From NCBI GenBank assembly GCA_002269645.1, contig NIVC01000206.1, positions 310,001-374,000 on the forward strand: DNA of 64,000 nt, given 5' to 3'. Of the stretch, positions 1 to 12,707 are shown piece after piece. A model generated the notes under the pieces. That model was not told the DNA's origin and did not search any database. It saw only the letters and a program-made list of their open reading frames with translations. The DNA comes from Macrostomum lignano. Lineage: Eukaryota. Numbering within the stretch: position 1 is the first letter of the stretch; every line of letters starts with the position of its first letter. Made by a program: the position numbers and the translations under genes.

Positions 1-90
1 TACTAATGAATTGAAGCTTATACTTCTTTCGGAGGCTTGATGTAACTTCAGAACTGTCGATCTACACACAGCCATGCAAAACGATGATGG

Positions 91-294
91 TCATAAGAAA
101 GTCCGAGAAGCGATGTAAACTAAACAGATTCCGCGGTATACGCGGCCACATTCGTTGGGGCTTGGAAGCACGAAGACACGGAGAGTGTACATTCCGCGGA
201 CGATTAGAGAGTGAGGATCGCTGTACACTTTGTGTGAGCGTGTGAATGAGTGCTTGCGTTTGTATCCGCTCAAGAACAGCGGAATGGAGGTCTA
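91..294 (-). other. Possible terminal coding exon of an unidentified minus-strand gene
   Basis: CpG-rich, stop-free frame (TSIPLFLSGYKRKHSF...VRGMYTLRVFV...GICLVYIASRTFL*) starting after ccgtag at the edge of a tandem array. No upstream exon identified. Confidence 0.25.
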
Positions 295-299
295 CGGGC

Positions 300-945
300 A
301 TTTACGTCTATATAGTCTACAGAAATTTACGTCTAGAGTCTACAGTCGTCTACTTCTTAGTCTACAGACGATTACTTCTATAGAGTCTACAGACATTTAC
401 GTCTAGAGTCTGCAGACATCTACTTCTTAGTCTACAGACGACTACTTCTATAGAGTCTACAGAAATTTACGTCTAGAGTCTACAGACGTCTACTTCTTAG
501 TCTACAGACGATTACTTCTATAGAGTCTACAGACATTTACGTCTAGAGTCTACAGACGTCTACTTCTTAGTCTACAGACGACTACTTCTATAGAGTCTAC
601 AGACGATTACTTCTATAGAGTCTACAGACGTCTACTTCTTAGTCTACAGACAATTACTTCTATAGAGTCTACAGACGATTACTTCTATAGAGTCTACAGA
701 CGTCTACTTCTTAGTCTACAGACGACTACTTCTATAAAGTCTACAGACGACTACTTCTATAGAGTCTACAGACGATTACTTCTATAGAGTCTACAGACGA
801 TTACTTCTATAGAGTCTACAGACGTCTACTTCTTAGTCTACAGACGATTACTTCTATAGAGTCTACAGACAATTACTTCTATAGTCTACAGACGATTACT
901 TCTATAGAGTCTACAGACGTTTACTTCTATAGTCTATAGACGTAC
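300..945. repeat. Minisatellite, 23-25-bp units (agagtctacagacgattacttctat)
   Basis: Tandem copies read directly. Confidence 0.95.
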
Positions 946-1375
946 AGACTTCATGAATTCAAGCTCAAATTTGACTAATGTCAATAATTAAACTTATTGA
1001 TACTTCAAACATAAACGTTTGGCATCCAGGGTCCGAGTTCAGGGTGCGAAATTTTAACGCTAATGTGCCACGTGACAAACGCTATGACAAAAAACCCAGC
1101 ACATAATCCGTCCACCAAGTATTTTCATAGATGATCAAGTTTAACCCGTTGAAACACGAACAGAGAAGAAAAAGAATTCGGGCACTTAAACCAAATTAAG
1201 ATTTTTTAATCCACGCTTGCAACAACGTCACCAATGAGCAACCTTCTTCCAACAGCAAGTGTATTTATCGGTGTGGTTAATTATAACAACTCGACTAAGC
1301 TGCTGGTCTCCAAGAGCAATAACTGTTTTCAATCAATATTTTCAGTCGGCTAGGACTCTCTCACTCTTCTTAGTC

Positions 1376-4014
1376 TTAGTTGGTGAAACCGCGCGAAGCC
1401 CGGCGACCGCGGGCCTTCTCAAATTTGCGACCCTTCGATCGGACCACCGGCTTGGTGTGCGAGTGCGGCACGCCCGGCGGCCGGCCGAAATGCCGCTGGG
1501 CGGCCCGCTTTCTCGTGCCCTGCACCAGCAGCGTGTTCTGGCCTTTGGGGGCCCGCCTGGCCAGCTCGTCGAAGGTGATGATCTCTCCGCCGGCTGCCAG
1601 GAGGCGGGCGCGAGCCTTCTCAGTAACCCGCAGGGCGCACAGGGTCACCTGCGGTAAGAGATTAATAGGTGTAGAAAGATTTTAATTGACTATTCAAAGC
1701 TCAACTATAGTAATAAGAGCTACTAACGCCAATACTTAAGTCGAAGCTTTGGCGCCACAGTAGCCTAGCTAAGATTTTGGCGCCACAGTAGTCTAGCTAA
1801 GATTTTGGCACCACAGTAGTCTAGCTAAGATTTTGGCGCCACAGTAGTCTAGCTAAGATTTTGGCACCACAGTAGTCTAGCAAAGATTTTGGCGCCACAG
1901 TAGTCTAACTAAGATTTTGGCGCCACAGTAGCCTAGCTAAGATTTTGGCGCCACAGTAGCCTAAGTTTTGGCACCTCAGTAGCTTGTCTTTGGCGCCACA
2001 GAAACTCGAGCTTTGGCGCCACAGTAGCCTAATTTTGGCGCCACAGTAGTCTAGCTAAGATTTTGGCGCCACAGTAGCCTAGCAAAGATTTTGGCGCCAC
2101 AGTAGTCTAACTAAGATTTTGGCGCCACAGTAGCCTAGCTAAGATTTTGGCGCCACAGTAGCCTAGCTAAGATTTTGGCGCCACAGTAGCCTAGCTAAGA
2201 TTTTGGCGCCACAGTAGCCTAGCTAAGATTTTGGCGCCACAGTAGCCTAGCTAAGATTTTGGCGCCACAGTAGCCTAGCTAAGATTTTGGCGCCACAGTA
2301 GCCTAAATTTTGGCACCTCAGTAGCTTGTCTTTGGCGCCACAGAAACTCGAGCTTTGGCGCCACAGTAGCCTAATTTTGGCGCCACAGTAGTCTAGCTAA
2401 GATTTTGGCGCCACAGTAGCCTAGCTAAGATTTTGGCGCCACAGTAGCCTAGCTAAGATTTTGGCGCCACAGTAGTCTAGCTAAGATTTTGGCGCCACAG
2501 TAGCCTAGCTAAGATTTTGGCGCCACAGTAGCCTAGCTAAGATTTTGGCGCCACAGTAGCCTAGCTAAGATTTTGGCGCCACAGTAGTCTAGCTAAGATT
2601 TTGGCGCCACAGTAGCCTAGCTAAGATTTTGGCGCCACAGTAGCCTAGCTAAGATTTTGGCGCCACAGTAGCCTAGCTAAGATTTTGGCGCCACAGTAGC
2701 CTAGCTAAGATTTTGGCGCCACAGTAGCCTAGCTAAGATTTTGGCGCCACAGTAGCCTAGCTAAGATTTTGGCGCCACAGTAGCCTAGCTAAGATTTTGG
2801 CGCCACAGTAGCCTAGCTAAGATTTTGGCGCCACAGTAGCCTAGCTAAGATTTTGGCGCCACAGTAGCCTAGCTAAGATTTTGGCGCCACAGTAGCCTAG
2901 CTAAGATTTTGGCGCCACAGTAGCCTAAGTTTTGGCACCTCAGTAGCTTGTCTTTGGCGCCACAGAAACTCGAGCTTTGGCGCCACAGTAGCCTAATTTT
3001 GGCGCCACAGTAGTCTAGCTAAGATTTTGGCGCCACAGTAGCCTAGCTAAGATTTTGGCGCCACAGTAGCCTAGCTAAGATTTTGGCGCCACAGTAGTCT
3101 AGCTAAGATTTTGGCGCCACAGTAGTCTAGCTAAGATTTTGGCGCCACAGTAGCCTAGCTAAGATTTTGGCGCCACAGTAGCCTAGCTAAGATTTTGGCG
3201 CCACAGTAGCCTAGCTAAGATTTTGGCGCCACAGTAGCCTAGCTAAGATTTTGGCGCCACAGTAGCCTAGCTAAGATTTTGGCGCCACAGTAGCCTAAGT
3301 TTTGGCACCTCAGTAGCTTGTCTTTGGCGCCACTGAAACTCGAGCTTTGGCGCCACAGTAGCCTAATTTTGGCGCCATAGTATGCTGATTTTTCGTACCA
3401 CAGTAGCTTTATTTTTTTGGCGCCCAAAACAATCTTACTTTTTCCGCCATAGTACTCGTAGCTTAAGTTTTGGCGCCTAAGTAGTCTAATTTTGGCGCCA
3501 CAGTATCTTACGCTACATTAGCCCAAGTTTTGGAGCCTTAGTGCCTATTTTTGGCGCCACAGTCAGAAGCTTCATTTTTGGCGCCACCGCAGCCCAAGTT
3601 TAGGCGCCACAGTAGCCCAAGTCTTGGCGCTAGAGTAGCTTAAAGTATTTGGCGCCACAGTAGGCTAAAGTAAACCTGAATAAAAAAACAATAACCATCC
3701 AAATTAGTCAGACAACAACAAACCTTGGGCACAGTCTGCACCCGAGAGTCGTTAGTAACGGTTCCCACGGTGACAACAATGCGGCCCTCGCGATTCGGTT
3801 TGCGCAGCATTCGGCCCAGACGAGCCAGAGACAGCGGGCCCCGATTGGCCCGGCTCATGAACAGGCGGCGAAGGATGATCTTGTTGAATTTGGCGCCAGT
3901 GCGGCGGGCCAGGAATCGGTAGAGTTTCACCAGCAGGCGCAGATAGACATCGTCGGATTTCGGATTGGTGCGACGCACCTTGCGATCGTTCTTGTGGCAG
4001 ATGTCAACGCCCAT
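1376..4014 (-). CDS. RPL18: 60S ribosomal protein L18 (eL18); exons 4014-3724 and 1648-1376, 187 aa
   Basis: [39 protein letters not shown]... and ...[26 protein letters not shown]. Phase-0 GT (3723) / AG (1649) intron joins the two ORFs. Confidence 0.97.
1745..3660. repeat. 28-bp minisatellite (gattttggcgccacagtagcctagctaa) filling the RPL18 intron
   Basis: Dozens of near-identical units, with a recurring variant block. Confidence 0.97.
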
Positions 4015-6472
4015 TGCATGGGGTTTTAATTAATCATCATTCAATCAATTCATTTTCTGGCCCTAAAAATTGCCATTCTGCTTTAAATGTATTAAAAACC
4101 AATAGAAATATTTTACCAAGCAGAAGCTGAGGACTCAACCCAAGTCTCAGCAGTAATGTATAAATGAAATAACAATAAAAATATAAACCCTTGTTAAATT
4201 AATATAGAAGCTTTGATTGCCAGCCCTTTTTCCTTATTAATGTCTAACTAACTGTTAAAATACTTTAAAGACCATTGGAGCCCTTGATTTATTGGAATTA
4301 AGGAGATGAAATTAATGAATGTGGCCAGATTCAAAGCTTTTGTGAGGGAAATTATACACAAGCTATAGAGATTTAACTTTATTAAAAGTTATGGGAAGAC
4401 ACAGATTGTTTATAGGTAATTTTAGATATAAAATAGCTTACAGATATAGATATTAAGAATTTTTTTAATGGTAGATCTTTAGTAATACTTCAAATAAAAG
4501 CCTTAGAGGCAAATAATCTGCTTTAAATTATTAAATTGATTTAGCTACTCATTTAAAAAGTCAGCCTTTCCACCTCATAGAGCCTGACCAGGATAGGAAA
4601 AATCTGATTGGGCAGGATCAGGCAGGATTGAATTCAAAAAGTCGGGACTCAGGATTGGTTGGGATTGGGATAAAGATCTACCATTGACATCCAGGCTTAT
4701 TTAGGTATATGATGGCTAATGATGCATTTATTACTATAATATATAGGATAGTAGGCACATTTATTAATTTGTATTAGCAGGCCCTAGTCAAGTGATATTA
4801 CTACTACTATATTAGCCTAACTTGTAGTTTAGTATAAGTTAGTACTACCGAAGCATAGAGCCTAGACAAACTTAGGTTTTGGTCAAGTCAAGTACTTGAC
4901 CAAACTTTGACATAAACATATTCTAGAATCTAGGAAATCAAAATAACCTCAAAATAAATAAATGAATTGTGGCAGACAGGTTGCCACCTTGATCATTATT
5001 TTCTGTTAATAATTTTTAGAAAACTTAATTTTCTGCAAAATCATTATGTGCTCCAACCCCTAGAATTTTTGTTTTTTTTAACCCATGCTTATCACATCAT
5101 CATCCTGGCCATTGACCCATCCCTGTCCTAGTTTTATTTTCTCTATTTTCCCACCTGTGGTCTGTTTGTTTCCCCACTCTTGGTTACTTAACTTTTTCAA
5201 CATTATTTCTACTTCTACATGAATTATGCTTCTGTCCAACGTTCTGCCCTAATATTATAGCCTAATATTCAGCTAATAATAATAACAACTAACCACATTA
5301 ATTTTCATTAATTAATTAATTAATTAAGCCCATAGCCTATCTTGAGTACTTTGCCCATGAGACATAAAATATCCAAACAGTTCTCATCTCACAGAAAGCT
5401 TTGGGACTAATTTGTTCCATAATACAAAAATTACAGTGGTGGCAGCTCTATCTTACTGATAGTAATTCAGCTAAACACATCTGATATACATTGACTTTGG
5501 TGTCAGAGACCCAATTTGAACAATTGTGCCATTTAATATGCTGAATTGCAACCACAACTACCCTCCCAGTAGCCGGAGTAAGAAAATTAGAGAAAATTTT
5601 GTGATTCATCTGCGCAAATTCCGGAATAATTTATATAAGCTCAACGCCAGCAGAATTTCAAAACATCAAACTGCCCCAACAACTAGCCAAATTCTTTTTT
5701 CCACCCACCTCAGAATCAATTTGGCATACTTGCCTCATTTAGTCCTTTCAAAATCTCTTCTAAATGATTTTTATAGTATACTTAAAATGTAAAAACTTTT
5801 TATTAAACCTGCCCAACTTTTCCCAACTCCAAAACTTACTCCCAACATGGTCAAGAATCTGAAAAAACACCCAGGTCCCAACCAAGTCAGAATTGGGATT
5901 GGGATCCCAGTCGGGCTCTACCACTTCATACAGACATACACTAGCTTCTAACTAAGATAAGTTTGCCAAGATAGCAGATACTTCAAGTGATCCAAACAAA
6001 GCTTTACTTTTTTAATGGAAATTTTTCCCCAAAGTAGCCTTATATCTTTATATTAAATCAAAATCACTATGGTTGAAACTACCAAATATAACTATTAGAC
6101 TATAATAGAAACTTTGATATATCAAAATAGCTACAGGCACAAGGCTAATGATCTTAAAATAAAATAAAATAACCACAAAACCACAAAGCCACTAAAAGGT
6201 TTCAAATGATTTTTAAATAGTCTAATTATGATTTTAGGCTTTAAATTGCAAAAAAGATTGCTAATAATAAAACTGCATGGAATAGTCTTATAATATCCAT
6301 AGTAGATATAATTCAAATAAATAAAGAAGCATTATTTTAACTATTGTGTCAAGCCAAAAAGTCTAAAATACAAATCAAAAGTAGGATTTTAAAGTTAATG
6401 AAATAATAAAAAAATAGGCTTCATTAACTTTTTTTCTACTTACTATATAAATAAAATGATATAGATATATTA

Positions 6473-6700
6473 TCTCTACATATAAAAATCAAAACTCTGT
6501 CTGTCTGTGTGTGTGTCTGTGTACAATTTTGATCGCTATGGACTCCCAAACCACTCAACCAAATTACACCAAATTTTACACCCACCCTAAACTCACTACG
6601 GAGAATGTCTTAGGCTACCTTTAAATTTCCTAAATTTGAGTCTTCCTACCTAAAAGTGCAAAAAACTGCTCAAAATGCGCGATTTTTTTACTAAAGCCTC
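6473..6700 (+). mobile_element. Helitron/DINE-like non-autonomous element 5' fragment
   Basis: TC start, tctctacatataaaaat followed by (tgtc/tg)n microsatellite and an aaccactcaaccaaatt segment, the layout typical of such elements. 3' end not established. Confidence 0.35.
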
Positions 6701-7689
6701 CTTAGCGCCGCTCCACTTCTACCGATCCTCTTTAAATTTGACACAATCAATTTTCAACTATTTTGACGCAATTGTGTAAAATTTCGAGTCTCAAAGTTAA
6801 TCCTGAACGGCGCTGTGCACTTTTAAAGTTTGGCTGTTTTTTTAGCGAGACAGCCACCCCAACCTCCGCCCACCTGCCTCTTTCCTGATCTGGGCAAAGG
6901 GTGTAAATGGGTTTTAAAATGACTAACTTTCGGCTGCCATAAGTTTGCTCCATGTGAAGCGATTGACTTCTAACTTAACACAATTCTTCTTTGATTCATT
7001 CTCTGTCTAAATGTAAAGTTTCAACTCTCTAACTCAATCAGAACAGAAACTGTAAGCATGTGAAGTTTGTCTGCTTTTTCTGTTGTTTGTGCCACTCACT
7101 CACTCATTCCCCATGAAGACGAAGGGTCCGGCAATAGGATTGAATGTACATAGCAAATGTACAGTGTTTTGGAATAACTTTATTTATAGCCTTCTCTGCA
7201 CCCCGAGAGTGGAGAGGCTACGTTTAGCCATAACAGTTTAGTGAGAAATTCTAACCACTGCCCTCTGTATAGGCAAACTCTGCAGCAGTTTAACAGTGGA
7301 TGGCAATGGCAAATCAAGGTAATTCAGCATGGTTTGTAAAAGCGAAAGATTTATGAAAAAGCGATGCAATGCAATACAACCCTACTAAATTAGACACACC
7401 ATGGAAATTTAAGTTTTCTCTTAAAGGTACTTTAAAATTTAAATGGCCTCCTAAGAAATGCGTATTTCCTTGGTTGTTAGACCAATGAAAACTGCAGTGG
7501 AGCTGAAGATATACAAATTCCTTTCAGGGCTGCAAATTGGCAAGAAAGATGACGTGATCAACGCATGAGAACAACCATAAGAGTACTACATCCCACAAAC
7601 TGGCTTTCCAAGCAGAGATGGGCATACTTTTACTTCAAAGGCCAGATAAAGAATCCAGCTCATAGCTGAGGGGCAGATGAAAGTGGAAA

Positions 7690-8391
7690 GAAGAAGGAAT
7701 ACATGATTCAAAGAGAGGAGAAGCGACAGAGTGGATAAAAGAAAAGATAAAAGATAATAGGAGAGATAAGGGGGTGAGGACGATGAGAGAGAGGGGAGAA
7801 GAGGGGAGAGAGGAAAAGCGAGAGGAGAGATGAGAGATGAGAGAGCAGAGAGCTGCAGATGAGAGGAGAGAGGAGACAGCAGAGAGGAGATCAGAGAGGA
7901 AACAGGTGAAAGAAGAGATGAGAGAGTAAAGGGAAGAGAAAAGAGATAAAGATACATCTCTACATCTCTAAGGTTTTAGAGATGAGAGAGGTGGAAGGAG
8001 AGATGAGAAATGAGAGATGAGAGATAACGGAGAGAGGAGAGTGGAGTGAGAGAAGAGAGGGAGACAGAGTATAGAAAAGGGTAGAAAAGAGAAAAGAAGA
8101 AAGGAGAAAGGAAAGTGAGGAGTCAAAAGAGGGGAAAGAAAAGAGTACAGCGGAGAGAGGTGAAGAACAAATAAGACAGAGATGCCAGATTAAAGAGGCG
8201 GATGAGAGAGCAGAGACGAGAGTGAACAGATAAAAGATGGGAGAGTAGAGAGAATAGAGGAGAGGTTACAGAGACGAGAGGAGAGAGGAGAGACAAAGGT
8301 AGAGAAGTGAGTGAGGAGAGAGGAGAGGAAAGAGGAGAATGGAGAGGGGAGAGAGTAGAGAGAGGAGGAGAGATAACAGAGGAGGGAGAGA

Positions 8392-8462
<71 letters not shown>

Positions 8463-8870
8463 CAGAGAGAAATGAGAAGAGATAAGAGAGAAGAGATAAA
8501 AGAAGAGAAAGGAAAGATGAGAGAGCAAAGACGAGAGAGAAAAGAGGTGAGGGAAGAGACGAGAGAAGAGGGGAGAGATGAGAGAGTAGAGGAGAGAGTT
8601 AAGAGAAGAGAGAAAAGAATAGAAAGGAGAATGAAGATAAGAGAGAAGAGGGGGTGAGAGGAGAGAGGAGAGGGGGAGAGAGGAGAGAGGAGAGGAGAGA
8701 GGAGAGGAGAGAGAAAAGAAGAGACAAGAGATGAGATAAGAGAGATGAAAGAGAAGAGAGATGAGGGAACATACGAGAGAAGAGGGGAGAGAGGAGAGAG
8801 GAGAGACGAGGGACGAGAGAGATGAGAGGAAACAAAGAGACAATAGAAATTTTAAAGGATCCAAGGGACG
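7690..8870. repeat. GA-rich low-complexity tract including (GA)n
   Basis: Purine-rich tract; explains the spurious ORFs here. Confidence 0.9.
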
Positions 8871-9148
8871 TAGGGAGAGTCAGGGAGAGACCAGAGTTTA
8901 GCAATATGTTTTAGAGTCAGACAGACATTGCCTGACATTCTGCACAGTACCCCAGCCAACAATGTCTCAAACCCTAATTTTACACTAAGGTGCTCCATTT
9001 TATGTCTACCTCTATCCTACTAACTATTAACAAGTTTTTGTTTGTGTATGGCCTTAGATTTCAGAATACATGCGAAAGTAGTTCCGGGTATTAGAATTCC
9101 CCGGGTTCAAAATCCGCGGGTTTCAACAGCTTGTTCGTCAATATATAA

Positions 9149-9222
9149 TATGCTTGGGCACAACCTAGGGATTCACCCAGCTATTTCTATTGGCAAGTGA
9201 TTCCCAAGGTTGCACATGTATG
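9149..9222 (-). mobile_element. Internally deleted hAT MITE (family A)
   Basis: Ends tatgcttgggcacaacc...ggttgcacatgtatg match family A; perfect 8-bp TSD atatataa (9141-9148 / 9223-9230). Confidence 0.85.
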
Positions 9223-12200
9223 ATATATAACTTTCTAAAAGTATGATTTTTCAAATATAATTATTCTTGTCTTAGTATAAAGTAATTGAATAGGAGTTCA
9301 AATCTTAAGGTCTTAAAATAATAAATGGCAAGAATTAACTTATTTTTATAAAAATATAATATATGACCATTGTGATATACTAATTAAATCTAATTAATAG
9401 GTATAAGCATAAAATTAATATATAGGCTCTAGGCATAAGATCATGTCATTTGCTAGAATGCTAGCAAATGACAGTATGCTAGAAAAATTGGCTATATGTT
9501 TGAACCAATTGCAAGGACTATTTAAGTAAAAAGACAAGAAATGTTGTATTTTTAGAAAATTTAAAATGGAAGTAAAAGACGTTTTTATATTTTTTAGCAT
9601 AAAAACAGTTTTTTGTTTGAATTGGAAATAAACCCAATGTCATATTTTGATATTTTGTGCCTTTTTATAGTTTTATTATCTAGTATTAATAAAATTATAT
9701 ATGATTGTTTTTTATTAGGGACCTAATCTTTTCATAGGCCTAGGGCCTATTCTATTAAATTTAAAAAAATTATTCTTTAACTAAAAATGCTTAAAATAGA
9801 TGTATACCATAATTTTCCACTTAAAATAGAAGCTTATATTATAATAAATTCCTTTTAAGCAAATATTTTCTTGCTCTTATACACCCTACTGCCTTAGGGC
9901 CTAGTTATTAAATCTAATAGGCCCTATATTACTCATGGGGCTCATGGCTAAGTAGGTACTAGGGTTTTCTTTTTTGGCCAGAGAAAAGATGCAAAATTGC
10001 ACCTTATGCTCACTTTTGTCTTTCAGGGTGCAATTTTACAACTTGGGTGCAATTTTTCTTTTTTTTTAAAAGCAATACAAATGAGGTTTCAGTGGAAAAA
10101 TAGGTTATGAGACCATACTCAAACTGCACCCACTTCAATTTCAAGGTGCAATTTTAAAATTTAGGATGCATTATATGCACACTAGGAGGCAATCTTTTAC
10201 TTTACTGCATTTAATTATTTTAATGGTTCTTTTTAAATTTTAGAATATAAAGATGGTAGGAGAATAAAAGGTAAGTGTCTTTAAGTGTCAGATAAGTCAA
10301 TTAGTTAGTAATAATAAGCAACCCAGGACAGGAAGTTGCCAAACTCCTTTCTAGGAAAGAGATGGCGCCAGAGATACTTGCTGAGATGGCTTTCAAACAG
10401 AGCTTCGGAAGTGCCATGCATCGCCTAGAACTTTGCCTTGACATGGGCCCACGACCTCTCAATGGTGTTTATGTGGATTGATGGGTCGTTAGGGTCGGCA
10501 AAATGGAGTTGATGATTCACGACATCATGGTTCTGCAAGTCATTGTAGGCCTCTCATCCAAAGAAAAGTGAAAAATAATTAAACGCAGTAAAGTAAAAGA
10601 TTGCCCACTAGGCCTAGGCCTATGACTATGTACACAAAAAATAAACCTAAGCTTCCTAAGAGCATCAACAGTAATTGTTGCATCACATAGACCCCTAGGC
10701 CTATTATTATAATAGAAAATGAGCTTTAGGATCACAACTTTTGTCTACAACTACAAGATATCTAGGGCCTATCAAGATAGGCATAGGCCTAGGCCTACAA
10801 AAACTCTAGAAATAATGATCTAGTGGCTGGGCTTAGGCTTAGCAATCATGGGATTATTAAAAAGCTTCTTAATTGTCACCAAATTTGACTTAACTATTGC
10901 CATATTTGCTTTTGCCAATTTGTTTGTTGGTCGGCGAGCTAAAAATGCCTTGTTTGCCAAAAGGGCGTCAATGATAGTGATGATGGACTGGACAGCAACA
11001 GCTATGCTGCTGTAGGAATTGGTTTCAGTGCCTGCAACAACAAGTACATGAAGTAATTTTTTGTTTGATTATCTGTTTAAATGAAAAAAATATGTCGGGA
11101 AACCCAAACGTTCGTGACGTTCATGTCTACGTCTACATGTACTGATATAACTAAGGCAGGCAACAATCCATGCATAACATAACCCATTTTGACAATAAAA
11201 CTGACAGCAGAGACTACTAGAGCGGCTTGGGCAAGCAGGGTAGTAGACTAAATATACTAAAAATGGTTTGCCGGTATGTCGGTGTGTCTGTCTGTCGGTA
11301 TGTGATCAATTATCAACGCAGAGACGCTAAAGAGACGCGCGCGCACGTACAAATGGTAAGTAATCAAAAGTTAAAAAATAGACTGACGCAAACAAATCTT
11401 TATAAGCAGTTGCACGCTTTAGGATTTGAAAGTATCTCAAAAAGGCATAGAATATACGAAGCGTAATTACCTAACATTATTTTTTAAATACCAACAAATT
11501 AAATACAAATTCAAATTGAGGCCCTCTTCTAATTCAGATTGATTTCTTACAACGCGTGGAATGCTTAGTGCTTGTTTGTTCGTTGTAAGAACAGAACTAT
11601 CTCAGTATCTGGTATCTGTATTAGGTCACGTCTAAGCTGAACATCTGGTCCTACTGGTCTTAAATGGAAAATGCGGCTATTAATATAATAAAGCCTAGGC
11701 TGTATAATTATAAGCCTTGCCCAACAGTAACAAAAGCATCATAAGCACATTAGCACAAACGCCACAATTTCGTTTTAGCTTGTAGTTGTAGTGTAGTAAT
11801 ATATATAGGCTAGGCCGCTAGGCCCCCTAATGCTAGAGAAAAAAATCAATTTTTCAACACATATTAGGGACTTTTGTTTAGTAAAAGTCCCATGTCTTGC
11901 CAATATGAATATATTTTTAGACAAGTCTGATTAAAAAAGATTTTTTTAAGTTTTTAAAACTTTTTTATTCAATTTTTACATAGGCCCTAGAATAAGATTA
12001 AGAAGCAGTATAAACTAGGAAACAAAATACTTTTCATGGAAAAATAATGTTATTAAAACTATTTCATCTTTTTTATTTATTAAAGTAGGGATTCCAATGT
12101 GATTTTGAAAGTTAAAAAAATTCAAGAGGTCTATCTCTTAATAAAATATGATAGACCTAGAGCTTGATTATATGAGTAAAAAGAGGTGTAAGACCAAGAT

Positions 12201-12392
12201 AGGCCTAGCCATATACCAAGATGGCCATAGCTGGGGTGGGGGTCAGAAAATGGCAACTGGTTTACTATTGGATAGCTTTGGGTAGGAAGATGTGGGGTTG
12301 AAATAGGGGGGTTTAGACAGGCAGTCAAAATTTTGAGAATGGTTTAAAGACAAAAATGGTTACAAGTCTTAATTTCCTACTTATAGTAGGCC

Positions 12393-12707
12393 CATACATG
12401 CGCAACCTCCAAAATTTAGTCAGCCAAGACAGCCATGCAACTTAGTTTTAATAAAATTAAAATACAACATAGTTTTTGGCCAAAAATGCAACTTACATGT
12501 AAAAAACCCTAAAGCAAAATTAACGCAATTTAAGTAAATGGCAAGAGTAACTATGACCGTCTTATACTCTTATTAAGTCAAAATGCCTCGTCAGCTACTT
12601 AGTACTACTATGGTATTTTTTCGGGTGGGCATTTTTGCGACTTCCTTGGTTGGCCACCAAATTGGTTGGCCGGATTAGCCGACTCGGCCGACTGTTGCCC
12701 AGGTATG
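12393..12707. mobile_element. hAT MITE (family B), 315 bp
   Basis: Ends catacatgcgcaacc...ttgcccaggtatg; perfect 8-bp TSD agtaggcc (12385-12392 / 12708-12715); reverse-complement homologue of 21401-21665. Confidence 0.9.

Noticed and set aside
4020-4045. C-box-like ATGATGA upstream of RPL18 (snoRNA?)
   Set aside because: No D box or terminal stem, and too close to the start codon.
7586-8904. Long ORFs in GA/CT-rich tracts (also 25209-25442, 29031-29795, 48268-49282, 60978-61485)
   Set aside because: Low-complexity repeats that lack stops in several frames; no domain signal.
10340-11050. Coding-like patches with short ORFs
   Set aside because: Frames are interrupted and show no recognisable homology.
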